From: Acidobacteriaceae bacterium
GTDB lineage: Bacteria; Acidobacteriota; Terriglobia; Terriglobales; Acidobacteriaceae
NCBI GenBank assembly: GCA_049518555.1
Contig: JBEKRR010000013.1
Span: 5,189-69,188 of the forward strand
DNA: 64,000 nucleotides
Direction of reading: 5' to 3'
Shown: positions 46,047 to 54,949 of the stretch, piece after piece
Position numbering within the stretch: position 1 is the first letter of the stretch
Layout of the letters: every line of letters starts with the position of its first letter
Notes under the pieces: model-generated
Seen by the model: the letters and a program-made list of their open reading frames with translations, nothing else
Told to the model about the DNA's origin: nothing
Databases searched by the model: none
Position numbers and translations under genes: made by a program

Positions 46047-46607
46047 GTGGCTGATATTCAATCGATCGGACTCATCGAACTCTCCAGCGTTGCCACCGGC
46101 TATCAGGTTGAGGACGTGATGTTGAAGGCCGCCAAGGTCCAGGTCCTGATGGCGCGCAGCATCTGCTCCGGCAAGTTTCTGATCGCCATCGCCGGCGACG
46201 TGGCATCAGTGACCACCGCAGTAGAGGCGGGAGGCGCTGCCGCTGGCGCTTCGCTCATCGAGCGGCGTCAGATCGCCCGCGTCCACCCCTCCGTGCTTCA
46301 TGCCATCTCGCAATCCGTGGAGATCAACCCCTCGCAATTGCGCTCCATCGGCGTCATCGAGACATTTTCCGCGTCGAGCATCATCGACGCAGCGGACGCG
46401 GCCGTCAAGTCCGCCAACGTCACCCTGCTACGCGTCCATCTGGCAATGGCCCTGGGCGGCAAGGGCTTTATGCTGATGGCGGGCGATGTATCCAGCGTGC
46501 AGGCCGCCGTCGAAGCCGGATCGAAGGCCGCCGCCGAAGAAGGAATGCTCGTCTCCCGCGGAGTGATTCCCGCGCCCTCCGAGGAGCTCTTCCGCGATTA
46601 CATCTGA
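46047..46607 (+). CDS. pduT: Tandem-domain shell protein (BMC-T), PduT-like with pore Cys
   Basis: SIGLIELSSVATG, MLKAA, RSICSGKF (PduT ICPGK), second domain SIGVIETFS...LGGKG. Confidence 0.9.
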   Translation: MADIQSIGLIELSSVATGYQVEDVMLKAAKVQVLMARSICSGKFLIAIAGDVASVTTAVEAGGAAAGASLIERRQIARVHPSVLHAISQSVEINPSQLRSIGVIETFSASSIIDAADAAVKSANVTLLRVHLAMALGGKGFMLMAGDVSSVQAAVEAGSKAAAEEGMLVSRGVIPAPSEELFRDYI

Positions 46608-46663
46608 GCCTCGTTGCTGAAGCCGGACCATGCGCGTCCGCGCGGACCTCGAATGGGGCCAGC

Positions 46664-46706
46664 AGTGATATATGTCACATCCAGCGCCTCTCTCTCCATC
46701 TACATT
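46664..46706 (+). promoter_or_regulatory. CRP/FNR-family (or Rex-like) box with -10 in class II geometry, upstream of pntAA
   Basis: AGTGA-tatatg-TCACA (46664-79); TACATT at 46701-06 places the box centre at about -41.5. Confidence 0.55.
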
Positions 46707-46917
46707 AAGTGTCAACATCCGTTTTTTCAGGCAATAACGCCGCGTTGGGGCAGCTTCCGGCGACAACTCAGTTCGGGCAGCGTAGTAGGATAGAAGGAAC
46801 AGGAGCTTCAATCTTGCAACCGGCTGCAAGCTCACGCCGGAACTGTGCAAACCATCTGTAACCGGCCCCCGATGGCCGGTTGGACCGTGCGAGCCTGACC
46901 GGCTTGGAGGAAATGTC

Positions 46918-48078
46918 TTGCGCCTTGCTATTGTGAAGGAAGCAGCCGTTGGAGAGACCCGTGTTGCGCTGCTTCCCGACGCCGTAAAGAAGCTGATCGC
47001 CAATGGCCTTGAGGTTGCGGTGGAAGCCGGCGCGGGAGTGAAGTCGGGGATTCTCGACGAGGCGTACGCGCAGGCCGGAGCGACGCTGGCGACCGATCGC
47101 GCCGCGCTTCTCGCCTCCGCCGACATCCTGCCCGTGGTCAACGCGCCCCCGGCCGAGGACCAGCGCAAGATCAAGCCCGGCTGCGTTGTGATCGGCTTTC
47201 TGCGTCCGCTGGACAACCCCTCCGCGCTGCTTCCGGCCATCGAGACTGGGGTCACGCTGTTCTCTGTCGAGCTGGTGCCGCGCATCACGCGCGCGCAGGC
47301 CATGGACGCGCTGTCGTCAATGGCCACCGTCGCCGGCTACAAGGCGGTGATTCTGGCCGCCGACACGCTGCCGCGACTCTTCCCCATGCTGATGACCGCG
47401 GCGGGGACCATTGCGCCGGCGCGGGTCTTTGTGATCGGAGCAGGAGTTGCGGGCCTGCAGGCGATCGCCACCGCGCGCCGCCTGGGCGCCGTGGTGGAGG
47501 CGTACGACGTACGCGCCGCCGCGGGCGAGCAGGTGCGGTCGCTGGGCGCGAAGTTCCTGGATGTGGACCTGGGCGGACTTGCCACCGAAGACAAGGGAGG
47601 CTACGCCAAGGAGCTGAGCGAAGAGGCGCTCGACCGTGGCCGCGACCTGATCGCCAAGACCGCCAAGACCGCCGACGTCATCATCACCACCGCGCAGGTT
47701 CCCGGCCGGCCCGCTCCGCTGCTGTTGCGCCGCGATGCGGTGGAGAACATGCGTCCCGGCACGGTGCTGGTGGACCTGGCAGCCGCTGGCGGCGGAAACT
47801 GCGAGCTGACCAAGCCGGGCGAGACCCAGGTGCACAACGGAGTGACTCTGCTTGCCCCGCTCAATCTGCCGGCCGCCGTTCCCGGCCACGCCAGCCAGCT
47901 CTACTCGCGCAACATCTCCAACTTCCTCGCCCTCATCGTCAAGGACGGCGCGCTCCACCTCAACATGGAGGACGAGATTCTCAGCGGCTCCTGCGTGGCC
48001 CATCAGGCCAAGGTCGTCAATCCGCGCGTGGCTTCGGCACTGGAAGCCGCGGCGGGCAGTCAAACAGTTTCGCAATAA
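46918..48078 (+). CDS. pntAA: NAD(P) transhydrogenase subunit alpha part 1 (dI)
   Basis: KE...GETRVAL.P, PRITRAQAMDALSS, GAGVAGLQAIATA, GGYAKE; TTG start with SD GGAGG. Confidence 0.95.
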   Translation: MRLAIVKEAAVGETRVALLPDAVKKLIANGLEVAVEAGAGVKSGILDEAYAQAGATLATDRAALLASADILPVVNAPPAEDQRKIKPGCVVIGFLRPLDNPSALLPAIETGVTLFSVELVPRITRAQAMDALSSMATVAGYKAVILAADTLPRLFPMLMTAAGTIAPARVFVIGAGVAGLQAIATARRLGAVVEAYDVRAAAGEQVRSLGAKFLDVDLGGLATEDKGGYAKELSEEALDRGRDLIAKTAKTADVIITTAQVPGRPAPLLLRRDAVENMRPGTVLVDLAAAGGGNCELTKPGETQVHNGVTLLAPLNLPAAVPGHASQLYSRNISNFLALIVKDGALHLNMEDEILSGSCVAHQAKVVNPRVASALEAAAGSQTVSQ

Positions 48079-48091
48079 ACCCGAGAGGCCT

Positions 48092-48418
48092 ATGAATCCT
48101 GCTGTTCTGATCGCTTCGGTCTACGTCTTCGCTCTCGCCGCCTTCCTGGGCTACCAGGTCATCAGCCGCGTGCCGCCCCTGCTGCATACGCCGCTGATGT
48201 CGGCGACCAATGCCATCAGCGGCATCTCGCTGATCGGCTCGCTGGTTCTGGCCGGGGCCACTCACTCGCCAGTTGCGCACATTCTGGGCTTTATCGCCGT
48301 CACCGCATCCACCATCAACGTGGTCGGCGGATTCGGCATCACCGACCGCATGCTGAAGATGTTCGGCAAGCGCAAGGACGAGGGGAAGAAGGCGCCTGCC
48401 GCGGGGGCGTCCCAATGA
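48092..48418 (+). CDS. pntAB: NAD(P) transhydrogenase subunit alpha part 2
   Basis: VPPLLHTPLMSATNAISG, INVVGGFGITDRMLKMF. Confidence 0.95.
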   Translation: MNPAVLIASVYVFALAAFLGYQVISRVPPLLHTPLMSATNAISGISLIGSLVLAGATHSPVAHILGFIAVTASTINVVGGFGITDRMLKMFGKRKDEGKKAPAAGASQ

Positions 48419-49794
48419 GCCTCACTTCCTACTTCATGGAAGCGACTTACCTGGTCGCCTCCATCCTCTTCGTACTCGCCTTGAAGGGCATGTCTCATCC
48501 GGAGACGGCGCGGCGCGGAATGTTCATGGCCGAGGGCGGAATGTTCATGGCCATCGTCGGCACGCTGATTGGCGCGCACATCGTCACCTGGGAATGGATC
48601 CTCGTGGGGCTCACCATCGGCTCCATCATCGGCATATGGATGGCGCTCTTCGTTCCCATGACCTCGATGCCGCAGCGGACCGCGCTATCCCACGCCTTTG
48701 GCGCCTTGGCGGCTGCGCTGGTCGGCGTCGGCGAGTTCATCATCCGCGGCTCGGAGATGACCGTCGTCACGCGCGGCGCACTGGGATTTGAAGTCATGCT
48801 GGGCGCGCTCACCACCACCGGCTCGCTCATCGCGGCGGGCAAGCTGCACGGCACCATCCCTGGCAAACCCATCCAGTTCCGCGGCCAGAACGCCATCAAC
48901 CTGGTCATCTTTCTCATCATGACGGGCAGCTTCGTCTACTTCTGGATGCACCCCTCCGTCATCGCGGCCTTCTACACCATGCTGGGCGTGGCGTTCGTCT
49001 TCGGCGTCATGCTGGTCATCCCCATCGGCTCGGCAGACATGCCCGTCGTCATGTCGCTGTTGAACAGCTACGCCGGCCTGGCCGCAGCCGCCACCGGCTT
49101 CGTGCTAGGCAACAACGTCCTGATCATCGCCGGCACGCTGGACGGCTTCTCCGGCTTCATCCTGTCGGTGCTGATGTGCAAGGCGATGAACCGGTCCATC
49201 ACCAACGTGCTCTTCGGCGGCTTCGGCGCGGTTATCGCCACGGCCTCAACCAACGTCGGCGGAGTGATGCGCGAGATTACGCTGGACGACGCGGCCATGC
49301 AGCTTGCCTTTGCCAACCGCGTCATCTTCGTCCCCGGCTACGGCCTTGCCACCGCCCAGGCGCAGCACGCCGTGCGCGAGCTGGGCGAGTTGCTGGAGTC
49401 GCGCGGCGTCACCGTCAAGTACGCCATCCATCCCGTCGCCGGACGCATGCCCGGACACATGAACGTGCTTCTGGCCGAGGCCAACGTCCCCTACTCGCAG
49501 CTCTACGAGATGGAGCAGATCAACCCCGAATTCCCCTCCACCGATGTGGCCGTCGTGATCGGCGCCAACGACGTCGTCAATCCCGACGCGCGCGACAATC
49601 CCAACTCGCTCATCGCCGGTATGCCCATTCTGGAAGTGGACCGCGCCAAGAGCGTCATCGTGCTCAAACGCGGCCAGGGGCGCGGCTTCTCCGGGCTGGA
49701 GAACCCGCTCTTCTTCAAGTCCAACACCAACATGCTCTACGGCGACGCCAAGAGCACCCTCAGCCACCTCGCCCAGGCCGTGCAGCACGTCTGA
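48415..49794 (+). CDS. pntB: NAD(P) transhydrogenase subunit beta
   Basis: TSMPQ..ALSHAFG, IGSADMPVV.SLLNSYAG, PGYGLA.AQAQ, HPVAGRMPGHMNVLLAEA, GANDVVNP. Confidence 0.97.
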   Translation: MSLTSYFMEATYLVASILFVLALKGMSHPETARRGMFMAEGGMFMAIVGTLIGAHIVTWEWILVGLTIGSIIGIWMALFVPMTSMPQRTALSHAFGALAAALVGVGEFIIRGSEMTVVTRGALGFEVMLGALTTTGSLIAAGKLHGTIPGKPIQFRGQNAINLVIFLIMTGSFVYFWMHPSVIAAFYTMLGVAFVFGVMLVIPIGSADMPVVMSLLNSYAGLAAAATGFVLGNNVLIIAGTLDGFSGFILSVLMCKAMNRSITNVLFGGFGAVIATASTNVGGVMREITLDDAAMQLAFANRVIFVPGYGLATAQAQHAVRELGELLESRGVTVKYAIHPVAGRMPGHMNVLLAEANVPYSQLYEMEQINPEFPSTDVAVVIGANDVVNPDARDNPNSLIAGMPILEVDRAKSVIVLKRGQGRGFSGLENPLFFKSNTNMLYGDAKSTLSHLAQAVQHV

Positions 49795-49900
49795 TCGGCG
49801 CCTATTCTGAAGGAATGCAGCCGGGTGGCGCGTTCTTCTTGAGTTAAAGACAATACTGCGTTTCACTGATTGCGTCTTCCGTGTTGCGCGGAAGACGTTT

Positions 49901-51328
49901 TCAGTTTTGCGCTGAGATTTGCCGGGCGGGCAGGGTCACCGTAACCTCGGTACCCGTTCCCACCGCGCTCTCGATGTGGATGGTCCCGCCGGAGCGTTCG
50001 ACGATGGCCTTGCAGATCGACAGTCCAAGCCCTGCTCCGCCGCTGGCCCGGCTGCGCGAGTGGTCGGCGCGGAAGAAGCGCTCAAACACGTGCGGCAGCG
50101 CGGATGCGGGGATGCCATCGCCCCGGTCGGCGACTCGCAGTTGGGTAACTCCATCCAGCGCCTGCACCACCACAGAGACGCGCCCGTTCGCCGCGCTGTG
50201 CTGCAAGGCGTTCACGATCAGGTTCGAGCAGAGCAGCTCTGCGTCTCCGGCCGGCATGGCGACGGTGCGCGCCTCTGCCGCGCTGACCTCCAGCACGACC
50301 TGCTTCAGCTCGGCGAGCGGGCGCAGCCGTTCCGCAACCTCGCGCACCACCGGCTGCAAGTCGCAGGACTCGCTCTGCTCCACCGCGGCCTCTTCCAGCC
50401 GCGCCAGCGTAAGCATTCGGCTCACCAGCTCTTCCATGCGCTCGGAGTCGAGCTGCAGGCCCTCCAGTCCGGCCTCGTACTGCTCCGCCGTTCGCGGCGC
50501 CATGGACAGCAGTTGCAGGCTGGACTTCAGCACGGCGATGGAAGTCTTCAACTCGTGCGCGGCGTCTCCGGTCAGCCGGCGCTGGCGCTCGAATGCCAGC
50601 CGCAGTCCCCTCAGCAGCTCCTCCATGGAGAGTGCGATGGGCGCAAGCTCCGTGGTGCGAAGCACAGCAGCCGGCGGCACAAACTCCCAGGAGCGCGTCG
50701 AGACGCGGCCTGCGATGGCGGCAAGCTCCTGCAGCGGCGAAAGACGGCGGCGCAGGAACCAGACCAGCGCAAATCCGGTGACGGCCAACAATAGAGCGCT
50801 TGCAGCAATGTAAAACCACACCGCCTCCACCGCTCCATGCCACAGGTCGCGGGTGGGCGAGGCGTACAGCACCGTCACCGGGCGGCGATAGCCTCCGTTC
50901 TCTTCGCGGTCGATCACGCGCACGCCATCGAAGCGCAGCGCGCGGTAGTGCTCTCGTCCGGCCCTGAAGTTGAAGGTGCCTGGAGTGCGCGATGAACTTA
51001 GCTCCGCGAGAAGATTGGCGGACGAGCCGGGCGAATGGCCCAGCACGCGGCCGCTCGGGCTCAGCACCTCGTATACATCCTGCGCGGGCAGGACCAGCTC
51101 CGTGGGGTCGACGGTGACATTGTCCTCGGGGTCTTCGGCGTCCTGCACCGCTCCCATCAGCGAGTCCGCGCGGCCGCGCAGCATCACGTCGAAGGCGCGC
51201 CGCCGACCATGCATCTCGTGGCCGATGGCGACCGCCGAAAAGAGCGCGGCGCACAGCAGCTCCGCCAGCAGAACTCCGCCGATCAGTTGACGGCTGAGAG
51301 AATGCGTCCTGATTGCCGCGGCGCTCAT
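49901..51328 (-). CDS. Sensor histidine kinase (QseC/PmrB-like, HAMP)
   Basis: Two TMs; DAAHELKTSIA H-box; NLIVNALQH, DRGDGI, FERFFRAD, GAGLGLSI. Confidence 0.93.
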   Translation of the reverse strand: MSAAAIRTHSLSRQLIGGVLLAELLCAALFSAVAIGHEMHGRRRAFDVMLRGRADSLMGAVQDAEDPEDNVTVDPTELVLPAQDVYEVLSPSGRVLGHSPGSSANLLAELSSSRTPGTFNFRAGREHYRALRFDGVRVIDREENGGYRRPVTVLYASPTRDLWHGAVEAVWFYIAASALLLAVTGFALVWFLRRRLSPLQELAAIAGRVSTRSWEFVPPAAVLRTTELAPIALSMEELLRGLRLAFERQRRLTGDAAHELKTSIAVLKSSLQLLSMAPRTAEQYEAGLEGLQLDSERMEELVSRMLTLARLEEAAVEQSESCDLQPVVREVAERLRPLAELKQVVLEVSAAEARTVAMPAGDAELLCSNLIVNALQHSAANGRVSVVVQALDGVTQLRVADRGDGIPASALPHVFERFFRADHSRSRASGGAGLGLSICKAIVERSGGTIHIESAVGTGTEVTVTLPARQISAQN

Positions 51329-52011
51329 CGTTGCTGCTCCGGCGCTTCCAGGCGATAGCCGCGCCCGCGCAGGGTGGCGATGGTGGTCTCTTCACCCACG
51401 GCGCGGAGTTTTTTGCGCAGGTTGGAGATGTGCGCCTCGATGACGTTGGAGTGGTGCTGCCAGTTGTAGTCGTACAGATGCTCCAGCAGCTCGCGCGCGG
51501 AGACGATGGCGCGCGGGCGGAAGATCAGATACTCCAGCAGGCGGTACTCGGTCGGCGACAGGTCGATCAGTTCGCCCGCGCAGCGCACCGTCTGCTCCAC
51601 GGTGTTCAGGCTGATTCGTCCCACGGTCAGCTCCGGCTGCGAGGCGCCCTTGCCGCGGCGGATCAGCGCCTTGGCTCGGGCCAGCAGTTCGCCGAGGTCG
51701 AATGGCTTGGTGAGGTAATCGTCGGCCCCGGCGTTCAGCAGTTCCACCACCTGCGCCGGCTGGTCGCGCGCGGTGAGGATGAGGATGGGGGTCATGTCCT
51801 TGCGGCGGCGGACCTGGCGCACGATGCTGAGTCCATCCAGGCCCGGCAGCATGAGGTCGAGCAGCAACAGGTCGTAGTGCTTGAACTCGGTGAGCGCGGC
51901 GCCGTCCGTGCCATCTTCGGCGCAGTCCACCGCGAAGCCGCAGCGCTCGCGCAGCGCTTCGGCGATGTTGTTGGCCAGCCGGACTTCGTCTTCAACAACC
52001 AGGACTCTCAT
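51325..52011 (-). CDS. OmpR/QseB-family response regulator
   Basis: VVEDE, LLLDLMLP, ILTAR, DYLTKPF, SNVIEAHISNLRKK, TLRGRGY. Confidence 0.95.
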   Translation of the reverse strand: MRVLVVEDEVRLANNIAEALRERCGFAVDCAEDGTDGAALTEFKHYDLLLLDLMLPGLDGLSIVRQVRRRKDMTPILILTARDQPAQVVELLNAGADDYLTKPFDLGELLARAKALIRRGKGASQPELTVGRISLNTVEQTVRCAGELIDLSPTEYRLLEYLIFRPRAIVSARELLEHLYDYNWQHHSNVIEAHISNLRKKLRAVGEETTIATLRGRGYRLEAPEQQR

Positions 52012-52040
52012 CAGGATTCAATCTACTCTTCCACTTCTGC

Positions 52041-52079
52041 CTTAATCTTTGCTTAAGCCCATGCTGGCACAGTTAGACT
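52041..52079 (+). promoter_or_regulatory. PmrA/QseB-type direct-repeat box with downstream -10
   Basis: CTTAAT-N5-CTTAAG (52041-57), then TAGACT 16 bp downstream, facing the tolC operon. Confidence 0.7.
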
Positions 52080-52198
52080 TGGAGCGACGGAAAGCACTGC
52101 TCGCGCCCGAACTAAACGCCCGCTTCCGCACGGGGCCACAGGGAGCAGCGGACGGCCAGTGCGCTCCTTGTTTTGCAGGAACGGTCCGATTACGCCTT

Positions 52199-53656
52199 AT
52201 GCCACTTCTTCACGCACCAATGACTCTTCGCCGCCCGCACAAGCGCCTGCTGCAACTCGCCTGCCTCGCGTCCCTGGCGACGGCAGCCTTTGCCCAGCAG
52301 CCAAGTGCGGCGGTCGATGCGCCACGGGCTGCGTTGGCTGTCCAACAGCAGGCTGCGCCACAGAGTGCGTCTGTTGCCGCGCAGCCGCCTGCCGCTGCCA
52401 TCACCCTGGACGATGCGATTGCGCGCGCGCGCGCCAACGAGCCAACCTTCGCGGCCGCAGTAGCGGCCAGCCGCAATGCGGCGCTCGATCAGTCCATCGC
52501 CCGCGCGGCGATGCTGCCCAACGCCGTCTATAACAATCAGTTCATCTACACCCAGGGCGGCGCGGGGCTCATCCCCGATCCGGCAAAGCTGAAGGACCCG
52601 CAGCAACGCAGCGCCTCGTTGCCCCGCTTCATCGCCAACAACGGCGTTCACGAATACCTCAGTCAGGCTTCGGTGACGGAGAACATCGGCCTGCAGCAGT
52701 TCAATGCCGCCAGCAAGGCATCGGCCTCGCTCTCCGTCGCCACGGCCGAACTTGAGGTCGCCCGCCGCGGCCTGGTCGCCAGCGTCGTCGGGCTCTTCTA
52801 CACAGCCTCCTCTGCCGGCCGCCGGATCGCGGTGGCCCAGCGCGCGGCCAACGAGGCGGCAAGCCTCACCACCCTCACCCAGCAGCGCGAGACGGCCCGC
52901 GAAGTCGCCCATGCCGACGTCGTCAAGGCGCAGCTTCAGCAGCAACAGCGCGACCGCGACCTGACGGATGCGCGCCTGGAGGCAGACCGCGCCCGGCTCG
53001 ACCTTGCCGTGCTGCTCTTTCCCGATCCGCGCACGCCGTACACACTGGCCGTGCCTGACGCGCCACCCCCGGTGCCCGCGCGCGCCGACGTGGAGGCGGC
53101 GCTGGCCAGGCACAATCCGGAACTGGCAAGCGCACTGGCCAGCGCGCATCTTGCCGACCTGAATGTCACCTCCGCCCGCCTGGGATACCTGCCCGATCTC
53201 TCCCTCAACTACTCCTATGGCATCGACGCCGCGCAGTTCGCGCGCTACAACCAGCTTGGCGACCGCAACCTCGGCTACTCCGCCAGCGCCACGCTGAACA
53301 TCCCGCTCTGGGACTGGTTTGCCACACGCGACCGCATTCGCCAGAGCGAGATCAACCGCGATGTGGCGCGTGCCGCGCTCACCAACACCCAGCGCAAGCT
53401 CATCGCCGACCTGGAAGAGGTCTACGCCGAAGCCGTGGCCGCGCACGACCAGCTCGAAAGCCTGGACCTTAGCGTAACCACCGCGGCGGAGAGCCTTCGC
53501 CTCACGCGGCTCAGTTACTCCGCCGGTGAAACGCCGATTCTCGAAGTCGTGGATGCGGAGAACTCGCTGACCACCGCCGAACTTGCCCGCGAGGACGGCA
53601 TCGTCCGCTACCAGACCGCTCTCGCGAACCTTCAGTTGCTGACAGGAACGATCTAA
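52199..53656 (+). CDS. TolC-family outer-membrane efflux protein
   Basis: ITLDDAIARA, YLPDLSL, LNIPLWDW, YSAGETPILEVVDA; start 52199 or 52220. Confidence 0.9.
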   Translation: MPLLHAPMTLRRPHKRLLQLACLASLATAAFAQQPSAAVDAPRAALAVQQQAAPQSASVAAQPPAAAITLDDAIARARANEPTFAAAVAASRNAALDQSIARAAMLPNAVYNNQFIYTQGGAGLIPDPAKLKDPQQRSASLPRFIANNGVHEYLSQASVTENIGLQQFNAASKASASLSVATAELEVARRGLVASVVGLFYTASSAGRRIAVAQRAANEAASLTTLTQQRETAREVAHADVVKAQLQQQQRDRDLTDARLEADRARLDLAVLLFPDPRTPYTLAVPDAPPPVPARADVEAALARHNPELASALASAHLADLNVTSARLGYLPDLSLNYSYGIDAAQFARYNQLGDRNLGYSASATLNIPLWDWFATRDRIRQSEINRDVARAALTNTQRKLIADLEEVYAEAVAAHDQLESLDLSVTTAAESLRLTRLSYSAGETPILEVVDAENSLTTAELAREDGIVRYQTALANLQLLTGTI

Positions 53657-54949
53657 ATGATTAATCCGCCAAGCCTTCTTCCACGCCTCGCATCGCGCGC
53701 GCTCCAGCGCCCGGCCCTCCTCCTCTGCGCATCGCTGTTGTTGCCTCTCGGCTGCAAGAAGGCCGAGGAGGCGCCCGCGCCCGTGGTCGCCGTTCAGGCC
53801 GCGCATCCGGTGCAGGGGAACATCCATGAGCAGATTGCAGCGGACGCCATCCTCTCGCCGCTGGCGCAGGCCGCCATCTCGCCCAAGGTCAGCGCGCCGG
53901 TGAAGAAGTTCTATGTGCAGCGCGGCTCGCAGGTCCACGAGGGCGAACTGCTGGCGACGCTGGAGAACAGCGATCTCTCCGCCGCGGCGCTGGACAATCA
54001 GGGCAGCTACACCGCCGCGCAGGCCACGTTCGATACGGCAACCAAGGCCACCGCGCCCGAAGACCTGACCAAGGCGCGGCTCGATCTGGCGCAGGCCAAG
54101 GCCAATCTCGACCTCGCCCAGTCCATCGTTACCGCGCGCAGCCAGCTCTTCACGCAGGGTGCGATTCCCGGGCGCGAGCTGGACACCGCCAAGGCGGCGC
54201 TGGTGGAATCGCAGGCCACATACGACATCGCCAAGGAGCATTTTGACTCGATGCAGAGCGTCAGCCACAAGGCCGCGCTGGAGAACGCGCAGGGGAATCT
54301 CGACTCCGCCAAAGGGAAGTATCTCGGCGCACAGGCCGAACTGAGCTACACCGAGATTCGCAGCCCCATCGCCGGCGTCGTCACCGACCGCCCGCTCTTT
54401 GCCGGCGAGACCGCGGCCGCCGGAACTCCGCTCATCACCGTCATGGACACCTCCGCGCTCATTGCCAAGCTGCACATCGCGCAGATGCAGGCCCAGCAGC
54501 TCGAGATCGGCGCTCCGGCCACGCTCACCGTCCCCGGCGTCGCCGGGCCCGTACCCGCCAAGGTTTCGCTCATCAGTCCCGCGCTCGATCCCGGCAGCAC
54601 AACCGTCGAGGTGTGGCTGCGCGTGGAGAACGCCAGGAGCGCGCTCAAGGCGGGAACGCCGGTCCACGCGTCCATCCAGGGCCGCACCATCTCCAACGCA
54701 CTCACCGTTCCCGCGGATGCCATCCAGAGCAGCCCGGACGGAAGCTCTAAGTTCGTCATGGTGATCGCGCCCGACTCCACCGCGCACAAGCACACCGTCA
54801 CGCTGGGAATCCAGAACGCGGACGCGGTGCAGATTCTCAGCGGCCTCACTCCAGCCGACATGGTGATCTCCACCGGCGCGTACGGACTCGACGAGAACAC
54901 CAGGGTCAAGATCGGCGCGGCCGAAGATTCCGGAAAGGACGCCGAGTGA
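53657..54949 (+). CDS. RND efflux periplasmic adaptor (MFP)
   Basis: Lipobox LPLGC; VQRGSQVHEGELL, IRSPIAGVV lipoyl halves, VPADAI. Confidence 0.92.
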   Translation: MINPPSLLPRLASRALQRPALLLCASLLLPLGCKKAEEAPAPVVAVQAAHPVQGNIHEQIAADAILSPLAQAAISPKVSAPVKKFYVQRGSQVHEGELLATLENSDLSAAALDNQGSYTAAQATFDTATKATAPEDLTKARLDLAQAKANLDLAQSIVTARSQLFTQGAIPGRELDTAKAALVESQATYDIAKEHFDSMQSVSHKAALENAQGNLDSAKGKYLGAQAELSYTEIRSPIAGVVTDRPLFAGETAAAGTPLITVMDTSALIAKLHIAQMQAQQLEIGAPATLTVPGVAGPVPAKVSLISPALDPGSTTVEVWLRVENARSALKAGTPVHASIQGRTISNALTVPADAIQSSPDGSSKFVMVIAPDSTAHKHTVTLGIQNADAVQILSGLTPADMVISTGAYGLDENTRVKIGAAEDSGKDAE

